Below, in pieces: positions 9,099 to 17,473 of a stretch of DNA of 64,000 nucleotides. The notes beneath the pieces are model-generated. The model made no database searches. It was not told the DNA's origin and saw only the letters and a program-made list of their open reading frames with translations. Position 1 is the stretch's first letter. The number at the start of each line of letters is the position of its first letter. A program made the translations under genes and the position numbers. Origin of the DNA: Acidimicrobiales bacterium (GTDB lineage Bacteria > Actinomycetota > Acidimicrobiia > Acidimicrobiales > AC-14). The stretch lies in NCBI GenBank assembly GCA_051005135.1, contig JBPCJQ010000031.1, positions 8,644 through 72,643 on the forward strand, written 5' to 3'.

Positions 9099-9905
9099 AT
9101 GCTGCTGGACGGAAAACGCATCGTCATCACCGGGGTGCTGTCGGAGGCGTCCATCGCCTTCACGGTGGCCCGCCTGGCCCAGGAACAGGGAGCCGAGATC
9201 GTGCTCACCTCGTTCGGGCGGGCCATGAGCCTCACCCAACGGTCGGCCCGGCGCCTCCCTGTGGAGCCCGAGATCATCGAGCTCGACGTCACCGACCCCG
9301 TTCAGCTGCAGGCCCTCACCGATGTCCTACGAGCCCGGTGGGGGAGGGTCGACGGTGTCCTGCACGCGGTGGCGTTCGCCCCTGAGACATGCCTGGGTGG
9401 CAACTTCCTCGAGGCCGGCTGGGAAGACGTGGCCACCACCTTCCAGGTTTCGACCTACTCGCTCAAGGCCTTGGCGGCGGCCGTCCTGCCCCTCATGGAG
9501 CTCGGGGGCGGCTCCATCGTGGCCCTAGACTTCGATGCGCGCCAGGCCTGGCCGGCATATGACTGGATGGGCGTGGCCAAGGCGGCCCTGGAGTCGACGG
9601 CCCGCTACCTGGCCCGCGACCTCGGGCGTCACCACATCCGGGTCAACCTGGTCTCGGCCGGCCCGCTACGTACGGTCGCGGCGCGCGGCATCACCGGGTT
9701 CGACCAGATCGAGAGCACCTGGGAGGGACGGGCTCCCCTTGGTTGGGACACCCGCGACGCTGTTCCCGTGGCCCGGGCTTGCGTCGCCCTGCTCTCCGAC
9801 TGGTTCCCAGCCACCACGGGTGAGCTCCTCCACGTCGACGGCGGCTTCCATGCCCTGGCCGCCCCCGTCCCCCTTGAACCGCCCGCGGCTGGTCAGCGCA
9901 CCTGA
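9099..9905 (+). CDS. fabI: enoyl-ACP reductase (FabI/InhA type)
   Basis: GKRIVITGV.SE.SIAF..A...QEQGAEIVLT; Y...M.VAKAALE; 268 aa. AGAGGA RBS before ATG 9099. Confidence 0.9.
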   Translation: MLLDGKRIVITGVLSEASIAFTVARLAQEQGAEIVLTSFGRAMSLTQRSARRLPVEPEIIELDVTDPVQLQALTDVLRARWGRVDGVLHAVAFAPETCLGGNFLEAGWEDVATTFQVSTYSLKALAAAVLPLMELGGGSIVALDFDARQAWPAYDWMGVAKAALESTARYLARDLGRHHIRVNLVSAGPLRTVAARGITGFDQIESTWEGRAPLGWDTRDAVPVARACVALLSDWFPATTGELLHVDGGFHALAAPVPLEPPAAGQRT

Positions 9906-10612
9906 AGATGGGATCCCAGACGCTGAGCCTGCAAGCCCTGGGCGGCAAAGACGTCGGCCAGGGCGGGCAGGCATCCCAGGGCCGAGCGCCACGCACCGGG
10001 CGCCGATGTGCAGTCGGAGTCGTGGAGCAGCACGGTTCCACCTGGCCTCAGGCCGCGAGTGACATCAGCCGCCACGCTGTCGGCCGTGGCCCGAGCCCGC
10101 CAGTCCCGGCCCCAGGTGGTCCACAGCACGGGCCGCAGCTCCAACTGGCGGGCGGCGACCACGCTCCCGACCGAGAGAACCCCGTAGGGAGGACGGAACC
10201 AGGTGGGGCGCACGCCGGTGGCTTCCAGCACGGTGGCCGTGGCCCGCTCCAGGTCGGCTCCTACGTCGGCGGGCGATCGCCAGCCATGGGACCGGTGGGA
10301 GTCGCCATGCACGGCGACCTCGTGGCCGGCGGCGGCGACCGAAGCGGCCAGGCCGGGTGATCGGCGCACCATCCGCCCCAGCATGAAGAAGGTGGCCTTC
10401 CAGCCGAGGTCGTCGAGAGCGTCGAGGAAGGCGGGGGTCGATGCGGGGTCAGGGCCGTCGTCGAAGGTGAGGCCCACGCTGGGTCCACAACCGATGCCCG
10501 CCAGCCCCGGGAACCATCGACGCCGCAGTGGGCCGAGGCTGGTTACGGCGGGAGCGGCGTTGACGGCCAGAGTCGCCGCGGTGGTCGCCGCGACCGTGGT
10601 GGTGACTCTCAA
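9893..10612 (-). CDS. polysaccharide deacetylase (NodB family), secreted
   Basis: 3' part of ORF 9893..10930. LTFDDGPD...HEVAVHGDSH...LLHDSD, with an N-terminal signal-like VTTTVAATTAATLAVNAAPA. TTG 10612 overlaps the stop of the upstream gene (TTGA). The rest of the ORF is an Arg/Pro shadow. Confidence 0.8.
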   Translation of the reverse strand: MRVTTTVAATTAATLAVNAAPAVTSLGPLRRRWFPGLAGIGCGPSVGLTFDDGPDPASTPAFLDALDDLGWKATFFMLGRMVRRSPGLAASVAAAGHEVAVHGDSHRSHGWRSPADVGADLERATATVLEATGVRPTWFRPPYGVLSVGSVVAARQLELRPVLWTTWGRDWRARATADSVAADVTRGLRPGGTVLLHDSDCTSAPGAWRSALGCLPALADVFAAQGLQAQRLGSHLQVR

Positions 10613-12366
10613 CGAAGATCGGCGAAGGCGGCGACGCCGAGGTGGCCGGCCGCCAGGGCGGGACGGAGGTCGTCGAGGGTGCGGGCGACGGTGGCGGCGT
10701 CGAGGAAGCGGGCGTCGAGGACGTAGATGCGACCGCTGAGGAGGTGGCCGGGGACGTCGTCGGGTGCCAACCGGGTGGGGGTGGCGATGATCCGCTGGTG
10801 AGCCAGGCGGGCCGAGGCGAGGTCGAAGCCGTCGACCCGGCGGCCGGGGACGAAGACGCGACAAGGCTGCCCGTTGGCCGATCGGATCGAGTGGCAGGAT
10901 CGCAGCAGGTCGGCCCTGGCCCGCGACCACGGGCGGCGGTTGGCGTGGCCCCAGCCGCCGTTGGCCACGTCGACGCCGGCATCGCTGAGCCGGCGCACGG
11001 CAGCGGGCTCGGCGGCAGCCAAGGTGCCGTCGACGATGGCGGTGGCGCCCGCACCGGCCAGGTGTGAGGCCAGAGTCGGGTCGGCCAGGGCCGCGGGCCC
11101 CAGCCGCACGCCCACGTAGACCTCCTGGGCGTGGTGTTCGGGCCGGGCCACCCCGATGCCATGGGCGGCGGCGGCCTCCACACCGACGGTGAAGGCCGAC
11201 CAGATGGCGACCAGCGATATTGCGACGGCGGCGATCCGCTGGCGGCGGGGCGACCAGCGTGGGACAGGTGCAACCGCCACGTCGGGTGCGGGCCGCGCCA
11301 GCTGGGCCACGTCTTCCGCCGCGTCTCCGCTGAACATGGCCTTGCCTGCGGCCACCTGGGCCCGGCCAGCGAGAGTGGTGACCCGGTCGAGGGCGGGAAG
11401 AAGATCCTCTGGGCTTCGGGCATAGGCTGCCACCCCCGCCCTCTCCATCTCGTCACCGTTCTCCCTGCCGTGGCCGGGGATGGGCAGATAGGTCACCACC
11501 GGCAGGCCGACTGCGAACGACTCCATGCAGGTCAGGCCGCCGGCGTTCTGCACGATGGCGTCGGATGCCGCCATGAGGGCCGGCATCTGGTCGGTCCAAC
11601 CGAGGGCTTGCCCCCCAGGCCTCGCCGCGAGCGAGGCCCGCAGGTCCTCGTTGCGCCCGCACATGGCGATAGGGGTGTAGCGACCCGAAGCGGCAAGGGT
11701 GTCGAAGGTGCGGTCGATCTCGCCAACTCCCCACGACCCCGCCACGACCAACACGGCTTTGTCGTCTGGGTCCAGGCCCAGCTCGGCCCGGGCTCGCTGG
11801 CGGTCGGGCGGCTCGGCCCTGAAGGCGTCGGCCACCATAGGGCCCGGGGCACGGGCGGGGCGGCCGGTGCGGCGGGTGGCGACAGCGGCGGGATTGGAGT
11901 GGACGCACAGGGTCAGGTCGACCCCCGGGTGTACCCACAGGGGGTGGACGGCGAAGTCGGTGACGAAGGTGACCGTGGGCACGTGGATGCGCCCCCGGCG
12001 CCGGAGCCGCCCGAGGACGAGCGATGCCAGGGGATAGGTGGTGACGACCACGTCGGGCTCGAACTCGGCGATCCAGCGCAGGTGCTGGCGGCCGGCGAGG
12101 AACGACACGAAGGCGGCAAGGGGCCGGCACAGGAAGGGCAGGATCGTCCAGATCCGGTAGGTGGCCTCGTAGGACCAAGGTGCACGCCTCAGCTGCACCT
12201 CATAGCTGGAACGGGTCAGGGGGCCGATGCCCATAGGGGGGGCATCGAGGAAGTCGACCATGCGCGCCTCGTGGCCCCGTGCCTGGAGCCGGCGCACCAG
12301 CTCCCTCGCCGCGCCGTCATGGCCCTCGCCCATACTGGCCGAGATGACCAGAACCCTTCCTCCCAT
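10609..12366 (-). CDS. MGDG-synthase/GT28-family glycosyltransferase fused to a TM segment and a C-terminal domain of unknown function
   Basis: VLVISASMGEGH...VVTTYP...VVAGSWG...QNAGGLTCMES, then the TM helix AAVAISLVAIWSAFTV and about 220 aa more. Start is ATG 12366 (or GTG 12378). The longer ORF-track start runs into the tRNA-Leu gene. Confidence 0.85.
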   Translation of the reverse strand: MGGRVLVISASMGEGHDGAARELVRRLQARGHEARMVDFLDAPPMGIGPLTRSSYEVQLRRAPWSYEATYRIWTILPFLCRPLAAFVSFLAGRQHLRWIAEFEPDVVVTTYPLASLVLGRLRRRGRIHVPTVTFVTDFAVHPLWVHPGVDLTLCVHSNPAAVATRRTGRPARAPGPMVADAFRAEPPDRQRARAELGLDPDDKAVLVVAGSWGVGEIDRTFDTLAASGRYTPIAMCGRNEDLRASLAARPGGQALGWTDQMPALMAASDAIVQNAGGLTCMESFAVGLPVVTYLPIPGHGRENGDEMERAGVAAYARSPEDLLPALDRVTTLAGRAQVAAGKAMFSGDAAEDVAQLARPAPDVAVAPVPRWSPRRQRIAAVAISLVAIWSAFTVGVEAAAAHGIGVARPEHHAQEVYVGVRLGPAALADPTLASHLAGAGATAIVDGTLAAAEPAAVRRLSDAGVDVANGGWGHANRRPWSRARADLLRSCHSIRSANGQPCRVFVPGRRVDGFDLASARLAHQRIIATPTRLAPDDVPGHLLSGRIYVLDARFLDAATVARTLDDLRPALAAGHLGVAAFADLR

Positions 12367-12418
12367 GGCGGTGGCCACGCTACTAGGCGCCAGGGCGCGA
12401 CGCGGGTAGCTGTGTGTG

Positions 12419-12501
12419 TGCCCGGAGCGGGATTCGAACCCGCACGCCCTTTCGGACAAAGGATTTTGAGTCCTCCGCGTCTACCGTTCCGCCATCCGGG
12501 C
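12419..12501 (-). tRNA. tRNA-Leu (anticodon CAA)
   Basis: Minus strand reads GCCCGGATGGCGGAACGGTAGACGCGGAGGACTCAAAATCCTT...GGGTTCGAATCCCGCTCCGGGCA. 7-bp acceptor stem, CUCAAAA anticodon loop, long variable arm, GTTCGAATC T-loop. Confidence 0.93.
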
Positions 12502-12526
12502 CTATCCTGAGGCTACAGCGGCCAGC

Positions 12527-13087
12527 TCACACGCCCCAGGCGGAGGCCTCGGACAGCAGGTAGCGGCTGACGGCGAGGCAGCGGTCGAGGACGTCGCAGA
12601 GAAGCTCCTCGCCGGCGAGGACCCGGCCCAGCGACACCTGCTGGCGCGCCACCACGGTGAGGCTGCGCTCGGGGGCGTCGGTGACGGAGCCGAACGAGTC
12701 GATGGCCGAGACCTCGAGGGGCAGCTCCGGACCTCCGACGCCGGCCAGGTCGGTGGCCAGGAGCAGGAGGTCGGGGCCCTTGGGCAGAGGTGGCAGAGCC
12801 CAGGTGAAGATGAGGGGGAAGTGGAAGTCGTCACCGGGGTCCTCGTCCTCGGGGAGGTCGGCGACCACGTCCTCGAAGGCGAGCAGCACCCGGGGCTCCA
12901 CCTCGAGCGCCAGGTGCAGGTCGAGGGGCCCTCCGCACCCTTCCTCGGGGTGCAGGTCGACCTCCCAAACCTGGCGCAGGGAGTAGGTCTCCACGAAGTG
13001 GCGCTCGTCGTGGACGTGGAAGCCGTGGTCGACGGCGTGGTCTTTGAGCTCGGCCACGTAGCCGGCCACGTCGATGGCGGCCAACAC
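12527..13087 (-). CDS. acidic hypothetical protein
   Basis: 186 aa with coding-like GC3. A strong GAGGAGG sits just upstream of GTG 13087/TTG 13084. Divergent from the IMPase gene. No family recognised. Confidence 0.65.
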   Translation of the reverse strand: MLAAIDVAGYVAELKDHAVDHGFHVHDERHFVETYSLRQVWEVDLHPEEGCGGPLDLHLALEVEPRVLLAFEDVVADLPEDEDPGDDFHFPLIFTWALPPLPKGPDLLLLATDLAGVGGPELPLEVSAIDSFGSVTDAPERSLTVVARQQVSLGRVLAGEELLCDVLDRCLAVSRYLLSEASAWGV

Positions 13088-13155
13088 CTACCTCCTCGGA
13101 CGGGGACCCCACCCGAGCGTAGGCCAGCATCGCCGGCAGTAGGGTCGGAGGGGCG

Positions 13156-13902
13156 ATGACCGGCGACGAGATGCTCGAGGTCCTGGACGCCGCCGCCACC
13201 GCCGTACGCCAGGCCCTCGATGGCCTGGCCGACTGGGGCTTGGCCGGAACCCGGCCGGGCCAGTACCGCAGTGACCTGGTGGCCGATGCCGCCGCGCTAG
13301 AGGTACTCCACGGTGCGGGCCTGGGAGTGCTCAGCGAGGAGAGCGGCCTGACCGAGGAGGGCCGTGACGTGCTGGTGGTGCTCGACCCCGTCGACGGCTC
13401 GACCAACGCCTCCCGCGGCTTGCCGTGGTTCGCCTCCAGCCTGTGCGCTCTCGACGCCGACGGCCCGCTGGCCTCGGTGGTGGTCAACCAGGCCACCGAC
13501 GAGCACTTCTCCGCGGTGCGGGGACGTGGTGCCTGCCGCAACGGTGACCTCACCGGGCCGACGACGTGCCGTTCGCTGTCAGATGCCCTGGTGGGCCTCA
13601 ACGGCATCCCCGGGACCCACCTCGGGTGGCGCCAGGCCCGAGCCCTGGGGGCGGTGGCTCTGGACCTCTGTGCCGTGGCGTGCGGCCACCTCGACGCCTA
13701 CGTCGACTGCAGCCGTAGCGCCCATGGCCCCTGGGACTACCTGGGTGCCCTGCTGGTGTGCCGGGAGGCAGGGGCCCTGGTCGTCGACGCCGAGGGGCGT
13801 GAGCTGGTGAGCTCTGATCCTCGCACTCGCCGCTCGCCGGTTGCCGCGGCCACCAGCGAGCTCCTGGCCCAGGCGGCGGCGGCCCGCAACCGCTTGCCGT
13901 GA
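13156..13902 (+). CDS. inositol monophosphatase-family phosphatase
   Basis: LSEESG...VLDPVDGSTN...WDY.. motifs; 248 aa. GGAGGGG RBS. Confidence 0.85.
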   Translation: MTGDEMLEVLDAAATAVRQALDGLADWGLAGTRPGQYRSDLVADAAALEVLHGAGLGVLSEESGLTEEGRDVLVVLDPVDGSTNASRGLPWFASSLCALDADGPLASVVVNQATDEHFSAVRGRGACRNGDLTGPTTCRSLSDALVGLNGIPGTHLGWRQARALGAVALDLCAVACGHLDAYVDCSRSAHGPWDYLGALLVCREAGALVVDAEGRELVSSDPRTRRSPVAAATSELLAQAAAARNRLP

Positions 13903-14363
13903 GCCGGCGCTTCACGACGCTCCTCCTCGTCGGGTTCGGACGGCTGCCATGGCCCCTTCGTCTGGCCCTGGTGCGGGCGTTCACCCCGTCTTTCCGGGTG
14001 GGGGCCATGTGCCTGGTGGAACGCGACGACGGCGCGGTGCTCCTGGTTCGCCACTCCTACCGGCGGGGATGGGGACTGCCAGGTGGCCTGCTGCAGCGGG
14101 GCGAGGAGCCTTTGGCGGCCGCTTCCCGGGAGGCGATGGAGGAGCTGGGCCTCACTCTGGAGCTGGACGAGCAGCCCAAGATCGTCGTGGACGCTGCCAA
14201 TCGCCGGGTGGACGTCATCTACCGGGCACCCATGCCCGGCGGCGGGGAGTCTCCGGTGCCTCGATCACCCGAGATCCTCGAAGCCCGCTGGTTCCCCGTC
14301 GACGGGCTCCCCCGGCTCGGCGAGGAGGCGGCCAGCGCCCTGGCCCAGCTGCGGCGGGGCTAG
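13899..14363 (+). CDS. NUDIX hydrolase
   Basis: Nudix box GLPGGLLQRGEEPLAAASREAMEELGL. GTGA overlap with the upstream stop. Hydrophobic N-terminus. Confidence 0.85.
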   Translation: MSRRFTTLLLVGFGRLPWPLRLALVRAFTPSFRVGAMCLVERDDGAVLLVRHSYRRGWGLPGGLLQRGEEPLAAASREAMEELGLTLELDEQPKIVVDAANRRVDVIYRAPMPGGGESPVPRSPEILEARWFPVDGLPRLGEEAASALAQLRRG

Positions 14364-14375
14364 CGTCGAATCCCA

Positions 14376-14449
14376 GGGCGCTTAGCTCAGCTGGCTAGAG
14401 CACTGCCCTTACAAGGCAGGGGTCGGGGGTTCGAGTCCCTCAGCGCCCA
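14376..14449 (+). tRNA. tRNA-Val (anticodon TAC)
   Basis: GGGCGCTTAGCTCAGCTGGCTAGAGCACTGCCCTTACAAGGCAGGGGTCGGGGGTTCGAGTCCCTCAGCGCCCA. Full cloverleaf; CCA is not encoded. Confidence 0.95.
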
Positions 14450-14589
14450 CCCTGTGCTGGTATCGACCCCGCCAATGTGACCTTGGCCGGTTGGGGGCGT
14501 AATGTCGTCCACAGAGGCCTACGGTGACGGATACTTCAAACGAGTCAGGTCCCCCGGCAAGAAGCCCGGGCCGATGACAGGAGGAAACA

Positions 14590-14765
14590 TGGCGTACAAG
14601 TTCGCCTGAAGGGATCAAGACCACGCCTGCCGTTGGCAGGGAAGCGGAGCAACCGAAGAAGAGCTCATGTCCAAGGTGGCAGACCATGTCAGGAAGAAGC
14701 ACAAGGTGCAGATTCCGACCGACACCATCGTCAATTTCGTGAGATCGAAGGCCCGCCAGACCTAG
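14590..14765 (+). pseudogene. DUF1059-like small metal-binding protein gene, disrupted or recoded (in-frame TGA plus 1-nt frameshift)
   Basis: CAGGAGGAAAC-ATG at 14590. Reads MAYKFA-TGA(14608)-RDQDHACRWQ, then the homologous C-terminal half GSGATEEELMSKVADHVRKKHKVQIPTDTIVNFVRSKARQT* continues in the -1 frame from about 14640. An 87-codon ORF (14502..14765) covering that half is not in the supplied track. Confidence 0.55.
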
Positions 14766-14780
14766 GTTTCGGCGCGCGAG

Positions 14781-14814
14781 GCCAGGAGCCATCGCCGAAG
14801 CGGTGGCTCCTGGC
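14781..14814. terminator. bidirectional hairpin between convergent small genes
   Basis: GCCAGGAGCCA-(12 nt)-TGGCTCCTGGC, a perfect 11-bp stem. No clear U-tract. Confidence 0.55.
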
Positions 14815-14824
14815 TGCACGACCT

Positions 14825-14971
14825 TCAGTCGCGGCGGGTCCCGCAGGTGCAGTTGTCGGTGGCCATGTTGCAGCCATCGCAGGCCACCCGGCCCTCGTGG
14901 TTGTCGATGTGCACGCCCTTCCCGCACAGGGCACACGAGCTCTGGCCCAACAGTTCTGTGATCTTGGTCAT
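14825..14971 (-). CDS. 48-aa cysteine-rich protein (zinc-ribbon or metallothionein-like)
   Basis: GAGGAGACC-ATG 14971. MTKITELLGQSSCALCGKGVHIDNHEGRVACDGCNMATDNCTCGTRRD with CxxC, CxxC and CxC. This is the 3' part of ORF 14825..15145. Confidence 0.6.
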   Translation of the reverse strand: MTKITELLGQSSCALCGKGVHIDNHEGRVACDGCNMATDNCTCGTRRD

Positions 14972-15128
14972 GGTCTCCTCGTTCTGGCGCGGCACCGCTA
15001 CAGCCCACAGTCTACGCGGGCTCGCCGGCTCTCTCCCCCACCGCTTGTCGGCGGCGGCGCGGTACCCTGGTGGTCTAGCAGCGGACACCGGGAGGGACGC
15101 CGCAGCAGCCGCAGCAGTAGGGGAAGAC

Positions 15129-15317
15129 ATGCCCAGGACCATCATCCGCTGTCCCGAGTGCTACACACGGGTGGTCGCCGAGCCCGACGACGACGCCCAA
15201 ACCACTCTGTGGTTGCACGGCCTGTCGGGACGATGCCGAGCGAAGCAGACTTCCAAGACAGAACGGCCCCGCCGCAAGGAACGGCTGGAGGCCATGCTGG
15301 GCGAGGAGTGGGGCTAG
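15129..15317 (+). CDS. 62-aa hypothetical protein with a CPEC motif
   Basis: ATG 15129 inside ORF 14847..15317. MPRTIIRCPECYTRVV... Ends 28 nt before the PBP gene. Weak RBS. Confidence 0.35.
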   Translation: MPRTIIRCPECYTRVVAEPDDDAQTTLWLHGLSGRCRAKQTSKTERPRRKERLEAMLGEEWG

Positions 15318-15344
15318 GCCTCCGAGAAGTATCCTCGACCCACC

Positions 15345-17468
15345 TTGCGTCTACTTGCCCGCTTCTTCGTGTGTGTGGTGCTGGCGGGGTTGGGTGTGGC
15401 CGCGGCCACGGTGTTGGTGGTCAAGCAGGCAAGCCGTGTCTTCGGGGCCGGGATCGCCGGCACCGAGGGCGACCCCCTCTCCCTGAGCCCTCTGGCCGCC
15501 CGGTCAGTGGTCTACGCCCGCGACGGCTCGGTCCTGGCCACCTTCCACGAGGAGGAGAACCGGGTGCCCGTGCCCCTGGCCAAGGTGCCGCCCCATGTGG
15601 TGCGTGCCGTCCTCGATGCCGAGGACGATCGCTTCTACGACCACGGCGCCATCGACTTGCGGGCTCTCACCAGGGCCATGGTGGTCAACGTGCAGTCGGG
15701 TGCGATCACCGAAGGTGGGTCCACGATCACCCAGCAGCTCGTCAAGATCTCCTTGCTCAACTCCCAGCAGAAGGCCGACCGTAAGATCAAGGAGGCGGTC
15801 CTCGCCCTCCGTCTCGAGTCGACCATGACCAAGGACCAGATCCTCGAGCGCTACATCAACGCCGTCTACTTGGGCAACCACGCCTACGGCCTGGAGGCGG
15901 CAGCGGAGACCTACTTCGGTAAAGACGTCAGCCAGCTCGACATGGGCCAGGGCATCCTGCTGGCCAGTCTCATCCGCGATCCCGTCGGTTCGGATCCGTG
16001 GGCCCAGCCAGATGCGGCGAGAAGGCGGCGCGACCTGGTCACCGACCGCATGGTGGCGCTCGGCCATCTCACGCCCTCCGAGGGTGACGCCATCAAGGGT
16101 CAGCCCATGCCAACCACCCCGCCCGGCCAGCCCGCCAAGGGCAGCGACTACTTCACCGAACGGGTGAAGCAGCAGCTCCTGGCCGACACCCGCCTGGGCG
16201 CGACGCCGGCCGAGCGTTTTGCCGCCGTGTTCAAGGGCGGGTTGGCGATCCACACGACCCTCGACCCTGCCGATCAGCTCCATGCCGAGAAGTCGGTCGC
16301 CGACCAGCTCCCCGACTCGGGAGGCCAGTTCCAGGCCGCCCTAGTCTCCATCGACCCCACCTCAGGCGCGGTACGTGCGCTGGTGGGCGGCTCCGACTTC
16401 GGCAGCGCCAAGTTCGATCTCGCCGTCCAGGGAGGCAAGCAGGCAGGTTCGTCCTTCAAGGCCTTCACCCTCATGGCCGCCCTGGAGGCTGGATATTCAC
16501 CTAACGACACGGTCAACGGCGCCTCGCCGTGCCCTATCCCCGATCCCGGCAGTGTCGAGGGTGTCTGGTCGCCCGCCAACGTCGAGGGGGAGGCGCCCGG
16601 TGTCCTCACCATCACCGACGCCACCGTGCTTTCCATCAACTGCGCCTACGCGCGCCTGGTGAGCCAGATCGGGCCGGCCAAGGTGATGGAGGTGGCCAAG
16701 CGGATGGGCATCACCTCGCCGCTTCAGCCCTACCTGTCGATCACCCTCGGCACCTTCCCGGTGTCACCGCTGGAGATGGCCAGCGCCTATGCCACCCTGG
16801 CCGCCGACGGCGTGCGCCACACCCCGTACTTCGTGGACCAGGTCGACGATTCCCGCGGCAAGGTCGTCTTCAAGGCCGAGCCGAAGGGTGAGCAGGTGGT
16901 GTCGGCCCAGAACGCAAGGGTCGAGAGCCAGATCCTCACTCAGGTGGTGCAACGCGGCACCGGGAGGGCGGCAGCCGTGCCGGCCTGGACGGTGGCAGGC
17001 AAGACGGGCACGACCGACGAGAACCGGAACGCCTGGTTCGTCGGGTACACGCCGGTACTCACCACGGCCGTGTGGATGGGATCACCGGGCGGTGACGTTC
17101 CCATGCGCAACGTCGGGGGGATCACAGTGTTCGGCGGCACCTACCCGGCTCGCATCTGGCAGGAGTACATGGCGGCGGCCCTAGCCGGCATCGGCCCCGT
17201 CGACCTCCCCAGTCCCGATCCGGTGGGCGGCTCCCAGTACCGCTCGACCCCCAGCGATCAGCCGCCACCGGGACGACGGTGGGTAGTGTCGTCTCCCGTC
17301 GCCCAGCCGCCTTCGGGGCCGACGCCGGCGCCGGTGCCGCCGACGCCTCAGACCGTGCCCCCCCTTCCCGTGCCCCAGCCCAGCGTGCCACCCGTGCGCA
17401 CCATCCCCCCCAGGCCGGTCATCACCTACCCGGTGATCCGCCCCCCGATCACGGTGCCCCGACGCTGA
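15345..17468 (+). CDS. class A penicillin-binding protein (transglycosylase/transpeptidase)
   Basis: N-terminal TM; GT51 EDDRFYDHGAIDL...GGSTITQQ; TPase SSFK, SIN, KTGTT. Proline-rich C-terminal tail. TTG start. Confidence 0.93.
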   Translation: MRLLARFFVCVVLAGLGVAAATVLVVKQASRVFGAGIAGTEGDPLSLSPLAARSVVYARDGSVLATFHEEENRVPVPLAKVPPHVVRAVLDAEDDRFYDHGAIDLRALTRAMVVNVQSGAITEGGSTITQQLVKISLLNSQQKADRKIKEAVLALRLESTMTKDQILERYINAVYLGNHAYGLEAAAETYFGKDVSQLDMGQGILLASLIRDPVGSDPWAQPDAARRRRDLVTDRMVALGHLTPSEGDAIKGQPMPTTPPGQPAKGSDYFTERVKQQLLADTRLGATPAERFAAVFKGGLAIHTTLDPADQLHAEKSVADQLPDSGGQFQAALVSIDPTSGAVRALVGGSDFGSAKFDLAVQGGKQAGSSFKAFTLMAALEAGYSPNDTVNGASPCPIPDPGSVEGVWSPANVEGEAPGVLTITDATVLSINCAYARLVSQIGPAKVMEVAKRMGITSPLQPYLSITLGTFPVSPLEMASAYATLAADGVRHTPYFVDQVDDSRGKVVFKAEPKGEQVVSAQNARVESQILTQVVQRGTGRAAAVPAWTVAGKTGTTDENRNAWFVGYTPVLTTAVWMGSPGGDVPMRNVGGITVFGGTYPARIWQEYMAAALAGIGPVDLPSPDPVGGSQYRSTPSDQPPPGRRWVVSSPVAQPPSGPTPAPVPPTPQTVPPLPVPQPSVPPVRTIPPRPVITYPVIRPPITVPRR

Positions 17469-17473
17469 CCGCG

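Noticed and set aside
12367-12459. Upstream start of the GT28 gene at 12459.
   Set aside because: It would translate through the tRNA-Leu(CAA) gene; the GFESR peptide is simply the tRNA T-arm read as protein.
14608-14641. Confident call of a selenoprotein (TGA = Sec with SECIS hairpin).
   Set aside because: A second lesion, the 1-nt frameshift about 30 nt downstream, makes simple gene decay the more economical explanation. No Sec machinery is visible in this window. It is reported as an open question only.
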